Of a stretch of 64,000 nt of DNA, positions 43,843 to 57,600 are shown one piece after another. Both the position numbers and the translations under genes were made by a program. The notes under the pieces are model-generated. The model did no database searches, was not told the DNA's origin, and saw only the letters and a list, made by a program, of their open reading frames with translations. Location of the stretch: assembly GCA_046563655.1 (NCBI GenBank), contig CM102283.1:5642001-5706000 (forward strand). Reading direction: 5' to 3'. This DNA is from Yuukianura sp. NJ FZ-2021 (lineage: Eukaryota). Position 1 is the first letter of the stretch. Every line of letters begins with the position of its first letter.

Positions 43843-46474
43843 TTATTTAGTCACTTTGTTCTCCACTCTAGTGTCGATTACATCATTTCCAGAGCCTGTT
43901 TTCATTGCATCCGATTCTTGGTATAACTTTCGCATTTCTTCTCGTAACTTTGCTAAGATTGCAAAATTCGGAGAATTTACGGATGCTTTACTTTGTAGTT
44001 CTGTGACTTCCTGTTGATCCTGTTTCTTTTCTTTGCAGCTCTTGATGGAATCCATTCCATATAAGCGAATAAATGCTCCAAAATTGTCAATGTGGGGATG
44101 AACTTTCTGAGGAAACAGAACAGTTTAAAAAAATTTTAATTAGTAAATCAGTTCCACAAAAAAAAATTAAGTGAAATATTATGTACAGAAAACCATACAG
44201 CAAGGAGCATTTGAGAGGCAATTTGTTTTCCTTCCTTCTTATTTGAAGCTTCAGTCTCCACTATATGTTCTTTAAAAGTCATTCTGAATTTGATTTTTTG
44301 ATTCGGGAGGGTTGACACGATTTCAAAAGTGAGGCCACCTTCACTCATCCTTCCGTAATTCCTAAAAAAAAACAATTTTAATTAGTTACAGTAGAACCTC
44401 TCATTTAGCAACACGTTCGGATTGGTTGGTTCGAAGTAGTTTTCGCGGCTACCGTGTTTAGCAGTAGAATATCCGAACAAAGAGTTTTACGTGAGAGGTT
44501 CTACTGTACATTATTCACTCCATTGCACTGTTTTTGGTTATTTGTCAGGATTAATATCAAATTCGAAATATAATATACCGTTGGATGCATGTCAGCAGTA
44601 AAGAATACGGCGTTGGCTCGCTTATGTTTTGACATAAACTGGCTATCCGCTTGTCATCCAGCTTAATCCCGTCAAAACACTGAAAATTCGGTTAGATTCG
44701 TTATAGTTTCAAATGCATTGGTTGGTGGTCAGCTTTGAAGTAAATTCTTACCTCCGTGTATCCGACATCACTTTTGTTAATTTCGTGTGATTTCTTTTCT
44801 GGAGCTTGGAGCGTATCTTTGATTTGAGGAATCAAAACCTCAAGGGTTTCTCTAGCAGCGTTTGACTTTGCCTGTTTCTTTGATGTCCCGAATCCACTTC
44901 CGTACTGAATGTTGTTAATTAGAACTGTGGCGGAATAAGGTGTCGAGGCATGCTCCAATTCCTTGAACTGGTAAACTGGCTGCTGACGAAGAGCATGTTG
45001 AACGTACTCATGAAGAATACAGACAGAACTTTTGCCTTTTGGATTCAAGACGTACTCACGAGCAGGCCGGCCATTGCCATCTCCATTACCTAAGATTAAA
45101 ATTAATAAAACATGACATATTTTATTACTAATACGTTAGACGTAATTTCATATTCCTCGATATTTTCATACCTAACGGTTTAACTGGAAACTTAATCAAC
45201 TTAACACCGTCCGGGAGAGTCGGTCGTTGAACTTTTAGTCTTTTCTGCATCTTTGTGTGCTTTCGCTTGGCATTCCAGTTCCTTTGGAAAAGATAAGCCT
45301 TTTATTAGGTTGTGAAGCATAAAGTAACTAGTGTGGCTGCGTTACTTGAATCGTTTGCACTGAATTGTTTGGAACTTGAACAGTCTTTGGCAATACTCCT
45401 TCAGTTCTTCCGGCTGGACCGTGAATAATGTGTTTGTTTCTTCTGCGGTCTCGACTTTAGCTGATGGAAGTGGAACAAACCTGACGTCACTGTTTCCAGC
45501 GGACGCGGCGGTGTTTGAGCTGGAATGTGCTTCGGATGTCATCGTCGCCTCGAGACTCTCCCGCTTTTCTTCCTTCTCCTTCGCGTGAGCTTCTTCCCTT
45601 TCCAGTGCTCTTTTGTATGAGAGGCATGGAATACCGCTTAACGGCAGCAAATGTTTCTGAATCAACCAATAAACGTAACAATTTCAGTGCAGAATTAAAT
45701 AAGCAATAAGTTCTTACCCGAACGGAGCTTGGTCCTAGGGAGTACGGTTTTGCCAGGGTACAGACCCGTGACTTCCGGTGTAAATAAACTGGAATCCCAG
45801 AACTATGACGGACCTCCAACCATCCTTCAGGCAATGCTTCCAGAGTATTCTTTCCCTTTTCTATCCGATCAAAAATAGACAGTGAATAAACCAGTGTTGT
45901 GAGCCTTTTATGGCAAATATCAGATGATTACCTTCAATGACGACTATCTCCTTAACGCTGTACTTTGGTTTCGATTTGCGCTGATAATCTTCCGGTAAAC
46001 CTACATTCGTAAAATGATAAATTAAGCTTAAATTCAACCAAGCTATTACTTTATTTAGTAAAGTAGTTACCTTCCTCCAGAAGATCATCGATTTCGTCTA
46101 CATTAAGATCAACCTGCTGCTCCTCCTGATCCTCTCCCTCGGAATCGGAACTGAGTGAATCATATTGTGTATTCCCCGGGTCATCTTTGGCAGTGACATC
46201 CTGTAAACGAGGCTGATCGTCCTTGTCCAAATCCATCTCTTCCTCTTCTATTGGCACGTCTCGAGTCGGATTCGGTATTTGGGCAACTTCGTCATCGTCA
46301 TCCGGGAGCTCTCCCTCCTCGGAATCACTGTCTATTTCTGAAATCATGAAATCAACATTTCAAAAGGAACACTCAATCATAGTATCCATGTCCCAAATTT
46401 TGACGATTACCCGAGGTGAAGGTTGTCGCCATGTCGTCCCGTTTCCTTCGCTTGCTTTCTATCTCACACTCCAT
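43843..46474 (-). CDS. pasha: Microprocessor subunit DGCR8/Pasha, multi-exon
   Basis: WW/heme-binding region LPEGWLEVRHSSGIPVYLHRKSRVCT…KH…IPCL. dsRBD1 NPKGKSSVCILHEY…SKKQAKSNAA. dsRBD2 NKKEGKQIASQ…HP…LIRLYG. GT-AG introns. The start codon at 46474 is inferred. Confidence 0.95.
44389..44506. mobile_element. 118-bp Tc1/mariner-type MITE in a pasha intron
   Basis: TA|CAGTAGAACCTCTCA … TGAGAGGTTCTACTG|TA. A related end (GAGAGGTTCTACTG|TA) occurs at ~55736-55751. Confidence 0.85.
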
Positions 46475-48691
46475 CAATTCAGAAGCGAAGTCTTGGGGAA
46501 TTAATTGGTTAACTTTGTTAATCAATTAACCGCTATCGTCTCGTCGTCACCGTCTTTGTCTCTTTACACGTTGTTCGGCTCCACAGCTGACCAGACGAAA
46601 CCAAAACAAATCCAATGTTTTGCCTTCGTCCTGCGCACACTAGACATGTGCACTGTGATTGTGAACATCGCGTCTTCGCACCTTAACCTGGCGTTTTTTC
46701 CTATGTAAAGTAAACTAAAAATTTAAATTTAATTTAAATTTACATTCATAATTAATCAAGTGCAGGCATTTTTAAACATAAAAAACTACCAAAATTAAAC
46801 ATGTTTAAATATTTAGTTAAACAAGTTCAAGTTACTTTTACTTTTACAGCGCTGCTCATCTGTTAAAATTAAAAAGTTAAGAAAAACACTCCATTTGTTG
46901 CTGTAGGCTCAAAGGTTCAGACTTTGCAGCCTCAAAAGCCGAACTTTCATCAGAGCTCTCTAAATTAAAAATATGTTTAGACTAGAACATGGAAGACGAC
47001 ATTTTGTTGTAAAATTGGAGTAGTAGTCAATTATAAGTTTCCTTTGATCAAAGGAAATCCTCTGATGAAATTGGATCTTAGATGATTCTAATCCCTGGAA
47101 GATGACGGAGGACGTTGGAAGGGTGCTTAGTCATAGAGACAAGAAGCTGCTGCTGGAGGAGCTAGAGCCAGCTTTTTCTCTGGAAGATGAAGATGATGAA
47201 AGGGGATGCTGGAAATTCCCGGGGTTCTGCAAGGCTAGCCTCCAGTACAAACACCTAAAAGACCTCAAGGGATCTTCCACCAACTTCAAATCATCCAAAT
47301 AGAGAGCCCTCGAAACCTCCAGCAGCATTTTCCAGCCCCTAGAGTTCCTTTCCTCGAATCTTCATTTCCAGCTTTCGATGTCCATGAATTCTTCAATCGA
47401 GAGCTACTCACCTGGAATTTCGGCAATCAATATCCCTTAATGTCTTCATTTGGCGCGTCTTCTTCAATTTCTTCCTTTTTTACACTTTTGTAACAGGGAT
47501 CATCAGGGATTCCGGGAAATCCTGGAACCAAGCCATGCCCATTTCCACAACTTTTATGTTCACACCATTCGTGTCGTGCTTTTTTAGGAAGAAGCGAAGC
47601 GAGCTGGAAGAAAAGTGAATGTTGTCGTTGGAAATTGAAACTTGTGAGGCGCACCTTTAAAGAGACCAGTGGGATGTGGAGGCTTGGATTTCGATACATT
47701 TTCCAGCACGTCGATACACATTTTCCAGCAGAAAGTTCCTGGAGGAAAACGGAAAAAAAGCGATTGAAAATGTGAAAGGACAAGGCAAGGGGCTAGAATG
47801 CTATTTGGATTCATCCCTTTAACAAAAGCGGAACAGAAGAAGATGAGGGCTCTTGAGGTTTGAAAGTAGTGAAGATTTATCCGTTCCCTAGTGATTCTTA
47901 TTTCAAATTCTCCCGCGTTGGTGCTGGCCCAAGGACACCACAAGAACCACTCCATTGACACAAATTTGGAGGTCACAAACAAAAACCAGGACAAATAAGT
48001 CCGACATATCCGTGCTTTCAAATTAATCCCGAAAGTTAACCATTTTGGGCAAACTTATAACCGGAAATTAAACCTTAAGCTGACATTTGTTAAAGCCATG
48101 TTTAAAAGTATTACGCGGGAAATTCAAATTCCGAAAAGCTTTTAGCCTGCTTTTAGTGTAAATTTAGTGTTTTACAAGTCTCTTTCTCAAGTGAAAGTGG
48201 CATGTATTTTGTGATGATGAATTGGAGAGATGCAAATCTGGCAGTACTCAACGTTAACCCTGGAAGCCGAGAGGAAGGTGTTAGAAATGGAATTGAGCTG
48301 TAATACCTCATGCTTTGCTTTAAAAAGGAAGCGCGGAAAGCTAAAAACCTGCGACGACTTTCTCTCCATGGTGTTAACCCTATGAGAAAAAATCAATAGG
48401 GAGATATGTATGAAGTGGTGGCGGCGTTTCCGAAATATCCTGGCAGAGGAAAGGAGATGATCAGAAATACCCAGAAATCTCTCAGTTTCAGTTTCGACGC
48501 TGTGCAGTGAAGATGGCTTGTCGACGCTTCCAGCGCTGCTTAACTCAGTGGAATTGTGAGGTCATGGACCTGAAATCTGACCAATGTCAACTGCCTAATG
48601 CCAAGAGAACACTCTGAACTAAGTGCAGAGACCGACAGGCTGCTAAGTGGCAGTTTGTCCAAGGTCTCCGTGTCCAAGTGCAGTAGGTTAA

Positions 48692-51600
48692 ATGAATGAG
48701 AGCGCAGGGTCAGTGACCGTGGGAGAGACGAGCGGCGGCGCATTGCCTTCCGGAGGCTCAACTGCCCCACCAGCCCCACCACCTCCACCAAATGAACCTG
48801 ACTGTGTGTCTCCAGTGCATAACTTGAGTAGTGGTGGGGTTGCTGGGGATGCTTCTCGTCGTGTGTCAGAGTGTATTGGATTTGGAAATGAAAATGGAGA
48901 CCAAGATGGACAACATGCAGGAGGATCAAATGTCACCAGGTAATTCTACACTCGTCAAATCAATTTTCTACTTCTGTTTCAACTCATCCAGATAAAATTT
49001 GTACAAAACATGCAAAAAAACCCATTAAGTTCAAAACTCAAAATTTTGGAAACGTTAGCGTGTAATACCGTTTTTGATGAATCTTTTACTTTCACTTTTC
49101 TGGGAGTGGCTGAGTAAGCTTTCTCTTGGACATTCTTTTAAAAAAAGAACACTAATTTTTTTAAAAGTTTGCGACCTCTTGAAGCACGAAATGACGCGTA
49201 CGTTGCTTATCGTAGAAATGCAGGTTGTGGGTAATATGGTAAGTATAATTTATGAGGAATGGCAGTGGGTGTAACCTAATAACGAACTATAAAAGTTTTG
49301 TTACATCAATAGATTTTGGTCGATATGAATGTAAACGAAGGTATCGATGTGAATAACTTTTGCAAAACAAAACCATTTTTCAATACAGAGAAGAATTATT
49401 CATGTTTGCTTAAAAACTATTTCCGATCGGAGCGTTTCATAAACTTTATCTTAGGTTTGGAATTTAAAAAAAGAGCTTTTGTTCAGTAAAACTAGTAAAT
49501 GTTCACATTTCATTGCGAAAATCTGTGCAAATTTTGAAATGTGAAAAATGAAACAAGAGAAGTAAGGATGAAGTTCACTTTCGTCGTTAGCAAGGTTTCA
49601 TGATTCTTTTTAAATTCCGTTGGGACTAACGCAGAACTTGGGCGTCCCTTTTCTTCCGTGACTTTCACGGTGAAAGTTAGCGTCTTGTGCATTTTTCGTT
49701 TTTTGAATGGCCGTCTCAAAATACAAATGTTTCTTGGTGCCTCTGGGGTCAAAGTTCGTACTTTCTCTAACTTTGTGTTTTGAAAATGCGAGTGGAGTTG
49801 ACTGAAAGATTTATGATGAACCCACTTCTTCTGTGTCTGCTTCGCCTACTCGCCTGGTTAGTGAACAATTTGAAACCAGGGTTTCCCTGTGGATTTGGCC
49901 ATTATTCATTTGACAGATCCAGAAAAACCTGCGTCAGGTTCTATTAGACTCACAAAAAGTGAACTTAACAATGTTATATTCTATAAGGCGGGAAAGAATA
50001 AAAGTAAAAACGAAAAAAATGGAGATTTCTTTTAGGTTTTGTGAGAATTTCTTTAGAACGCGAGATTTTTTTTAAAAACAAAGGTTTATGCATAACTGAT
50101 TAATGTTGCAGCGTCCCATATGCTACAATAGCCACTCATCAGTGAAACTTTGCAAAGTTAAAAAGTTAAAAGGAAGATTAATTTGAGTTTCACTTTTGAT
50201 GTTTGTTGGGTGAAAGTGAGTGGGAAATTTGAAAGTTGCGGGAAGAACTTTCCTGTTTGTTTTTCATTGTCTCAGCATGAGTGATGAATGTGAAAAGAAA
50301 GCATAAAGTGAAGCAATAATTCTTTAGCCAAAGTTGGATTTGTATAGAATAGGAGGGGGTGGGGTGGGTGAGAGAGGGGGGGGGGGGTATCGCGACAAAA
50401 GATTTTCTCTCTGTTGATCTGACAGATCCTCCAGGTTTTCTTCTAAGTCCCTTCCATGGATCCCTTATTTCTTGCTCCAGGGTTTCCTTAACGGAATAAA
50501 CTTAAACCTAACTTTCTCTTTTGCCCCAGGATTTGCTCAGGAGCTTATCATCTCTGCAGCACAAAACTAACAAGGGGAGACCAAAGTTTCAGATTGCTTT
50601 CTCCAACTAAAAGTTAACTGCTTCACCAAATGTCACACTTCCGACACCACCGCACTAAAGTCCCAGTCGAGGTTTTGGGTTTCTTTCTAAAAACAACTAC
50701 GACGTTAAAAAAAAGAGAAAGCCAGAAATTGCCCAAATTCGTGACAATCTTTGAATTTTGGTGAAAACACAAGGGCTTACCAGCAGTTTGAGAAACATGC
50801 GTCAATATTTGAAATTGACTTCAAACGTTGTATATGTCGTTTAATCTAAAAGTTAAACAAGGTATCAAAAGGGTAACCTTTGACACAGTTTGGCTCAGGG
50901 CCGTTCTAATCCAATTAATTTTCAGAAAAGTTAAAATTAGTCACGGGGTGAGATCAAAAGTGATTGGGATGAGCCCTTGAGTCATTCTGACTGACTTTAA
51001 AAGAATAGCTTGGGCGTTGGCCCTAGTCACCTGAGTGGTTGAGTGACAGGACACTTTTGACCGAACTTTTCTGTACGGACGGAGACAAGTGAAGTGACAT
51101 GCAGTTTTACTTTTCGACTTAAACTATGCTTATAATAAAGAAGTTTAGGAAGTTGGAGGTGATGTGGAGTCCGTCCAGGAAAGTTCAGAGTTTTGCGCTG
51201 GGAATTGTCTCTGCTAGAAAGAGATTGAAGCTTTTGTTTTCCTGTCGCATCCACTTTCAAAAAAAAAAGAATCTCTGACACTGCGCGTGTCTTTTGTTTC
51301 ATGAGAGCTTTTAGGATAATTAATCGTGGAATTCTGAAGCTGTTTTCTTTTGACGCTCACAGGAAGGAAAAAGTGGCAAGGGATAGGTTCGTTTCTGAGC
51401 TGAGACACAAGGCGTTTTTCCCTTTGAACTTTCCTACTTCCACTTTTGACGTAACATTTAATGAGGCAGGAACTGGGGCGACTCGAGACGTCCTCATTTT
51501 TTCTTACCTGGGTTGCTAGGTTCCTGGAACTTTTGAATTTGTCTCCATTTCCTTCTTTTTTTACGTTTAGTTTGTGAAGGGAAGTGACTATGGCGTGTCG

Positions 51601-54600
51601 CATTTCCTTTAAGAACAAAATGTAAAGCTCAAATCCGCATGTGAAAGAAACGGGAGAGAAAAAGATTTCTAATTCAATTAATCACGGAATCATGGTTCCT
51701 GTCGAACCTCCAAGAAAAAGAGAAAGTTCTGGAGAAAGTTAATGGATTCTGGATTTGGTCTATTCAAATTGACACATACGAGGTCCTTCGGTTCTGTTTT
51801 TCCCGCCCCTCATTCAATTTGTTCTAGACCTCAATTAAAGTCAAGTCGATAGCCATAAAACCTCAATCACATGCAGTTACGACCCTCATTCTCATTGCCC
51901 GCTCCACCATCCGTGACCTTTGACCCCTGTTTGGTGCAATTCAAAAACTTTCACTCAACCTTTCACTTGTCACTGTTCTACGCTACTTGAATACAAATGA
52001 GATTTCGTATGTGCTGAAAACATGCAGATTTGTGCTTGAGGTCAATCCGGGTTTGTTTCGCTTGTCACTCAACGTAAATATGTAAAACCGTAATTCGTAA
52101 AAATGTGAAAATGGAATTCAAAGGAATGCCCCGCAGAAAAATTTTAACGAAAGCCATGTGATTGAGTGTCACATTGTGATTTGTTTTGTGTTTTCTTTTG
52201 TGTTATTTTGGTATTTCAAATTTTTCCGGTTCCATTCATATTTTAAGACGTTTGTGTCTGTGCTAAAAATACAAATTTTTGCCAAAGGTTGTTTTTTGTG
52301 ATTTTTTTTATTCTAAAATGAGAAACAGAAGAAAAAAGAAACTTGAATTGAAAAGCCCACGCCTCCTTTTAGATTAAAAAAAAGAAAAAATTCCACAAAC
52401 CATCTTCGAGGCGACATTATAACTTAAAAATCCCGTTGGAACTTTTAGTTTTTAAGTTTTTTTTTAGTTTCTGTGAAATCCTGCCAAGATGTTGAATGAT
52501 GTTGTTGGATTAAACTTGAATAAGATTGCTGTGGAAAAAAAGGTTTTCATAAGAAACCCACTTTGAGTCAATTGGAAAAATGGTCGATTGAGGCTGTTTC
52601 TGGAAGATCATCAACTACTGATCCATGTTGACGTTGGCATGGTCACTCTTTCTGCCTTCAAGACGAATCCGTGTCTGCGGATATTTTCGTCATTAATCAT
52701 CCTCTGCTTCACAACCCACAGAATCATCATCATCTTCTTTCCAATACTTGCTTGTGTGTGTGAAAACAGACCAATAGACCGCACAAACCCAACATCGTTG
52801 TCAAACTTTCTCGCTACAAAGATCATTTCCTGAGTTTCCCACCACGGTGGTAGTGGTGCTTCAGAATCGAAGTGAACTCGGAGCTGGATATGATTCAACA
52901 ACTTTCACCTTTATTAGTGGTTGCGCTTTCACGTCTGCGGCAGTGTGGCTCACTTTCATAAAAAATTTACTCAAACATCAGTAAAATGCTTCTCCAAAAA
53001 AATCTCAACTTTTTCAAAGAATTGCCTGAGTTATATATTTTTAAAATTTACTATCACAAAGATTTATTTTCTCGTGGAAATTGAGATGAGCCGATTTTTT
53101 GTTATGTTCATCATGATTTCAACGTAAAAGAATTTTTTTTTATTCATTTTTATTATTTTTTGTATCAATGTATGCAAAAGATAAAAATTTTATTGTAAGT
53201 TTCAAATCACAATTTTGAAACACTTCAAAATTTAATCGTATTGAAAAAAAGTCTTTCACAAAAAATACGCAAAGGAATTTCTTTTATTGAAAATTTGATT
53301 AAAAAAACGTTTTACAAAATCTTCTTTCGTCAGAATTTGACATTTCAATTTGAAAATTGTACAAACCATGTGTGTCTGTTGGAGCGTAGAGTGAAACAAG
53401 GTTAGGTTACCAAATAACGCTTTTTTTCTAGAAAATCCAGGAGAAGGAGTTGCATTCCTGGAGGAAATCTCAGTAACTATACGACGTGTGTCCAGCTGTT
53501 ACCGTTGCTGGAATTGGAATTACATCCGTTTCTTCTGTTTTACACAAAAGGAAAAAGTTTCTATTAGCCCATTTCTCTTGTCCATTTTTCTGGACAAAAA
53601 CACGCAAACTTTTCCAGGAAAAAAGAAGAATAGGGCTGTAAAAGGAAATGTCTGAATTTGAAGTTTCCCTCGTAAATAAACCCGGGAGAATTGCGTCATA
53701 AGGACAAAAACACGCACAGCAGTTTCAATATGAATATTTTATTGGAATTTTCAAATGACTAATTTATTCCTCCGAGGAAGTAACGGCGAGACACTGCTGC
53801 TACTTTTGCTTTATCGATTCCTTAAAATTCCTTATCTTATGGGATTAGCAAAAAAATCAACTCGGGACATTTTTTGGTCTTTTGCGCATGCGTCCTTTTC
53901 AAAGAGTTGTAACTGCTTTCAGTGCACAGAGATTTTTTTTTTTGTGTACAGGAATGTAATGTTTACAGTTTTTGATTTTTTCGCTCGTCGTAGAATTTTT
54001 GGTAGTGTCGTAACATAGTTTGTTGGATTTCGTTGTGTCAAGACGCAACGACGATCACTCAATCACCATCACCCGTGTGTTTACTTGCCAAAAACCTTAT
54101 GAGGTTCACTTTAACTTTTTGGCAACTCTCCATGCACCATCCAGCAGCTCACTTCCTTCATCTTCAAAAAATGTCACTCTGAAGCACACAGCTCTAACGA
54201 TAATATTCGAGCAACCTAAAATGAAAGGATTTGCATGCTTGAGATAGTCCGAATTGGTCACAAGGAACTCATTTCCAAAAGGCCATTTTGTATACCATAC
54301 TTCAGCAGGAACTTTGACTACTTCAGTAACGACTTTATGTAAAAATAACATAACAATAGCATTAAAGTTATTAATTTGGTATAAGGTAAGGCAAAACAAC
54401 CTTACGGCGCAGATTTTGAAAAGTCTCCTCGACAAATTCTAGTTGAAGAGAGTCCTCATTTTAGTTTAATACTCCAAGCAGAAACGGGAACGGAAATCAC
54501 AGCGTCATTTGTAAGCGTCAGAACAATACAGTCTGTGACGGTGGCTACTAGTTGTGACTAGGTCGCAAGAAAATTTATCGAGTCACGATTCACGTAAGCC

Positions 54601-57600
54601 ACGATTCGCGACGCAAAACGCAATTTCTCGTAACATTATCGCAAGAATAAAGAAACAAGCTGCGAGAAATGTCTTGCGACGTACATAAACGCAAACTCAA
54701 GTGGCGACGGTTTGGCATTTGCAAGCACCCGGAATAGACTGTGGAAAAGAAAATGTCATAAAATGAGACGTCAGCAAATCTAAGAACGAATGCTCAGATT
54801 ATTTGATGAGGCGGTGTGTAATAATAACCCCCTCTAGCTCACAAAACTTTTGAATATTTTATGGTTTTCAGCCATTGTCAACTTTTTACGCGCCAAACGC
54901 TCCGAAATTATGAAATGAATATTAAGTTATGGAGGTTGAAAGAGTACAAGTTCTTGGTAGAATGGAGCACAAGTGCTTGTCGTTTCTGTTATTTTTGGCT
55001 TTGGAAGGGAACAGAAAAATTATTTTCATCCGTTCAGAAATGAGGAAAAAGCCCTTGAGACTTTTGCCCTCTTTCGACTTTCTCCGTGTATTAAAGCTCC
55101 ATTACAAGTTGTTCCAAAAACCACTTGAAAAGGATACGATAGCCACAAAGTTACAACAAGAGCTTATTATTCCCCACTTCAACTTGAAATTTTAGACTTT
55201 CTGAAATTTCAGACTTTTCTGATTTGACTTTTCCGCTGAAATTTCAGACAAAGTCTTCCCAGCAGGCTTTCTTCTCATCTTTCAGCCTTCAAGAGTCACT
55301 TAGCAGAAAATTTACTTTCCCAGCCTCAAACTTAAGTCAACTGTAGCATCTGCTATGGGATTTCAATTTTTTATGATTGAAATACCGAGCCGCTGGAGGA
55401 GATTGATTCATAAATTTTGAAATTTGGAAATTCGGGTACAGAAAACCCTCGCTTCTGTTAACTTTTTTGGTAAACTTTCTTCGGCCAAGGAAGAATCGGA
55501 AAACACAAGCAAAACATAGCTCTAGTGTAACTACCAACACTTTTTCTCGACATTTTTTAAACCAGTTACAGAAAAACTTCTCATATAGAAACTTAGATTA
55601 CCGTGAACCCTCTTAACATTTCATCAGAAGTTAGACAAATGGACGTGGACCGCCTAAATCTTCAATAGATGATTGATTTAAAGTTATACACTTGGGTTTT
55701 ACGGTATTGCACCGAGAAAAAAATAGTTGCCATAAGAGAGGTTCTACTGTAGTTTTATTTTTAAAATTTGGAATTTCAATTTTTTTCAGGGTTTACAAAA
55801 AGTGTGCCTCCAACGGAAGTTTAGCAGTGTATGTCGGAACTCGGACGCTAACGGTGGAGGGGTCACAGCTAGAACCATTACGTGGCGTCCTCGTATTTGA
55901 CAAAGAGTCACTTTCAAAGACTGTTTCTCCCGCCTTTCGGATTTGGGGTCAAATTACACTCACGTTCCGCTACGGTCGTGAAGACGAAGAAGTGCTTGGT
56001 CTCCGCTTCTGTAACGAAGCAATCCTTGCCCTCAAGCAACTATGGCCCCTCATCCCACGTGACCCAGAATTCCCCGAAGATGACGATGACGAAGCTCTCA
56101 CGCCACTCCAGGTATATCATTTCCCACGAAATTCAAAATTTACAAACGGTTTTTTCCCGCTTGGGATTTTTCACACTTTTTCCCCGCCGGGGAGCTTGAG
56201 CTTGACGCCATAATGCCATTGCCATGATTTGAAATTTCCCACTCTTTTTCTCCCGGGAGCAGTTTTTTGCTTTTCCCGCACTCTCCGCACCAACATTCCG
56301 TGATCAATAGAATATACATAATTGAACAGACTCCTCGTTTTCACTATTTCACTAGAGGAGAAACGCTGCAGTGTTCTACTCGACATGTTGAAACTCATGA
56401 GCTCCAGCATGTCGTTGTCTCGGGAGTTTCCAGATCATGACGGACTGAGAGAATCGAGTTCCATTTCATTTTAGAAGTCAAACAGACGGAACGAAAGGAC
56501 TGTCAGCTCAATTTCAACTGAAATCTATCGATTCATGTACTCTAATCACATTTACGCCAACATTTGAATTCCATTCCATTTCACATTTCCCGCCATTTAC
56601 ATTTACATTTTTCATTCTCGGTGTCGAATTTCTCAGATTTTTTGAAAAGAAGTTTTAACTTGTAAAGCTTGCAAACCTTTGAAACACAAGTCGACAGATT
56701 TTGAAATTTTTTGTCGCGTTTGTGATTCTGTTTTAATTTTGAACTTTCACTTTGTAATTTTGGATGAATTTTGTACATTTCGCGCTTTAATTTATAATTT
56801 TCACACAGTGAAAGTTAATTTATCTTTTTGTATCTACGTAATGTTAGGGTTTTTGGCTTTTTCGAAATTAGCTAGAATCAAAATAGCACTAAAAAGGTTG
56901 TTTTCATTTGGAAATGGCGCGTTTTAAGCCCTCTGGGCAGCAATTCACCATTATCCTGGCTCTAGCTTTCTAGTTCTGCATAAGAGCTCCATGGTGAAAG
57001 TAAAACCTACAAAAATTCTCATTCCCTCATCACTTACAATTCCATTTCCTTTCCATTTCAAATTCACTAGCTTTTTCCTATTCTAAACTTTTCTTGTCAA
57101 AACTTTTTCCCCTTCCACAAGTTTTTTCTTGTTTGAAAAACGAACTTTCTCTTTCCTGGTTCAAGTTTCTTCCTAGACTTATGAAAAAGCGTTGCATATT
57201 CTCATTTCTCCAAACGCCTCAGATATGGCGGGATAATTTGAAAACTTAAAAACACATTAAGGCATGCAAAACACATTACAGTAAATTTCCAAAAAACAGT
57301 AGTTTTAACTTTTACAGAACTGCAACTTAATCTGAAACTGATGAAAAGTCTTTTGTCTAGGACGTAACACATCGCTTTCTGCTTTTCGTCAGAAATTAAG
57401 TGTGACTGAGATTAAAAGCAGAAGTGGAGAGAGGAGCCATAAGGGCCGAATTGTACTCGACTTTGATTAATTTTGGCGGTTTGTGTTAAAGTTGAAATAG
57501 ACATGCGTGGTGGCACACTGGGCATTGTGTGGTTTTAATTAGAGTCTGTTGGAGTGGTGTTGTCAACAGTCTGACAAACATCCCTCCTCCTGCTCTGCTC

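Noticed and set aside
47100-48400. Short ORFs between pasha and the arrestin gene
   Set aside because: Low-complexity or hydrophobic, with no consistent exon chain or motif.
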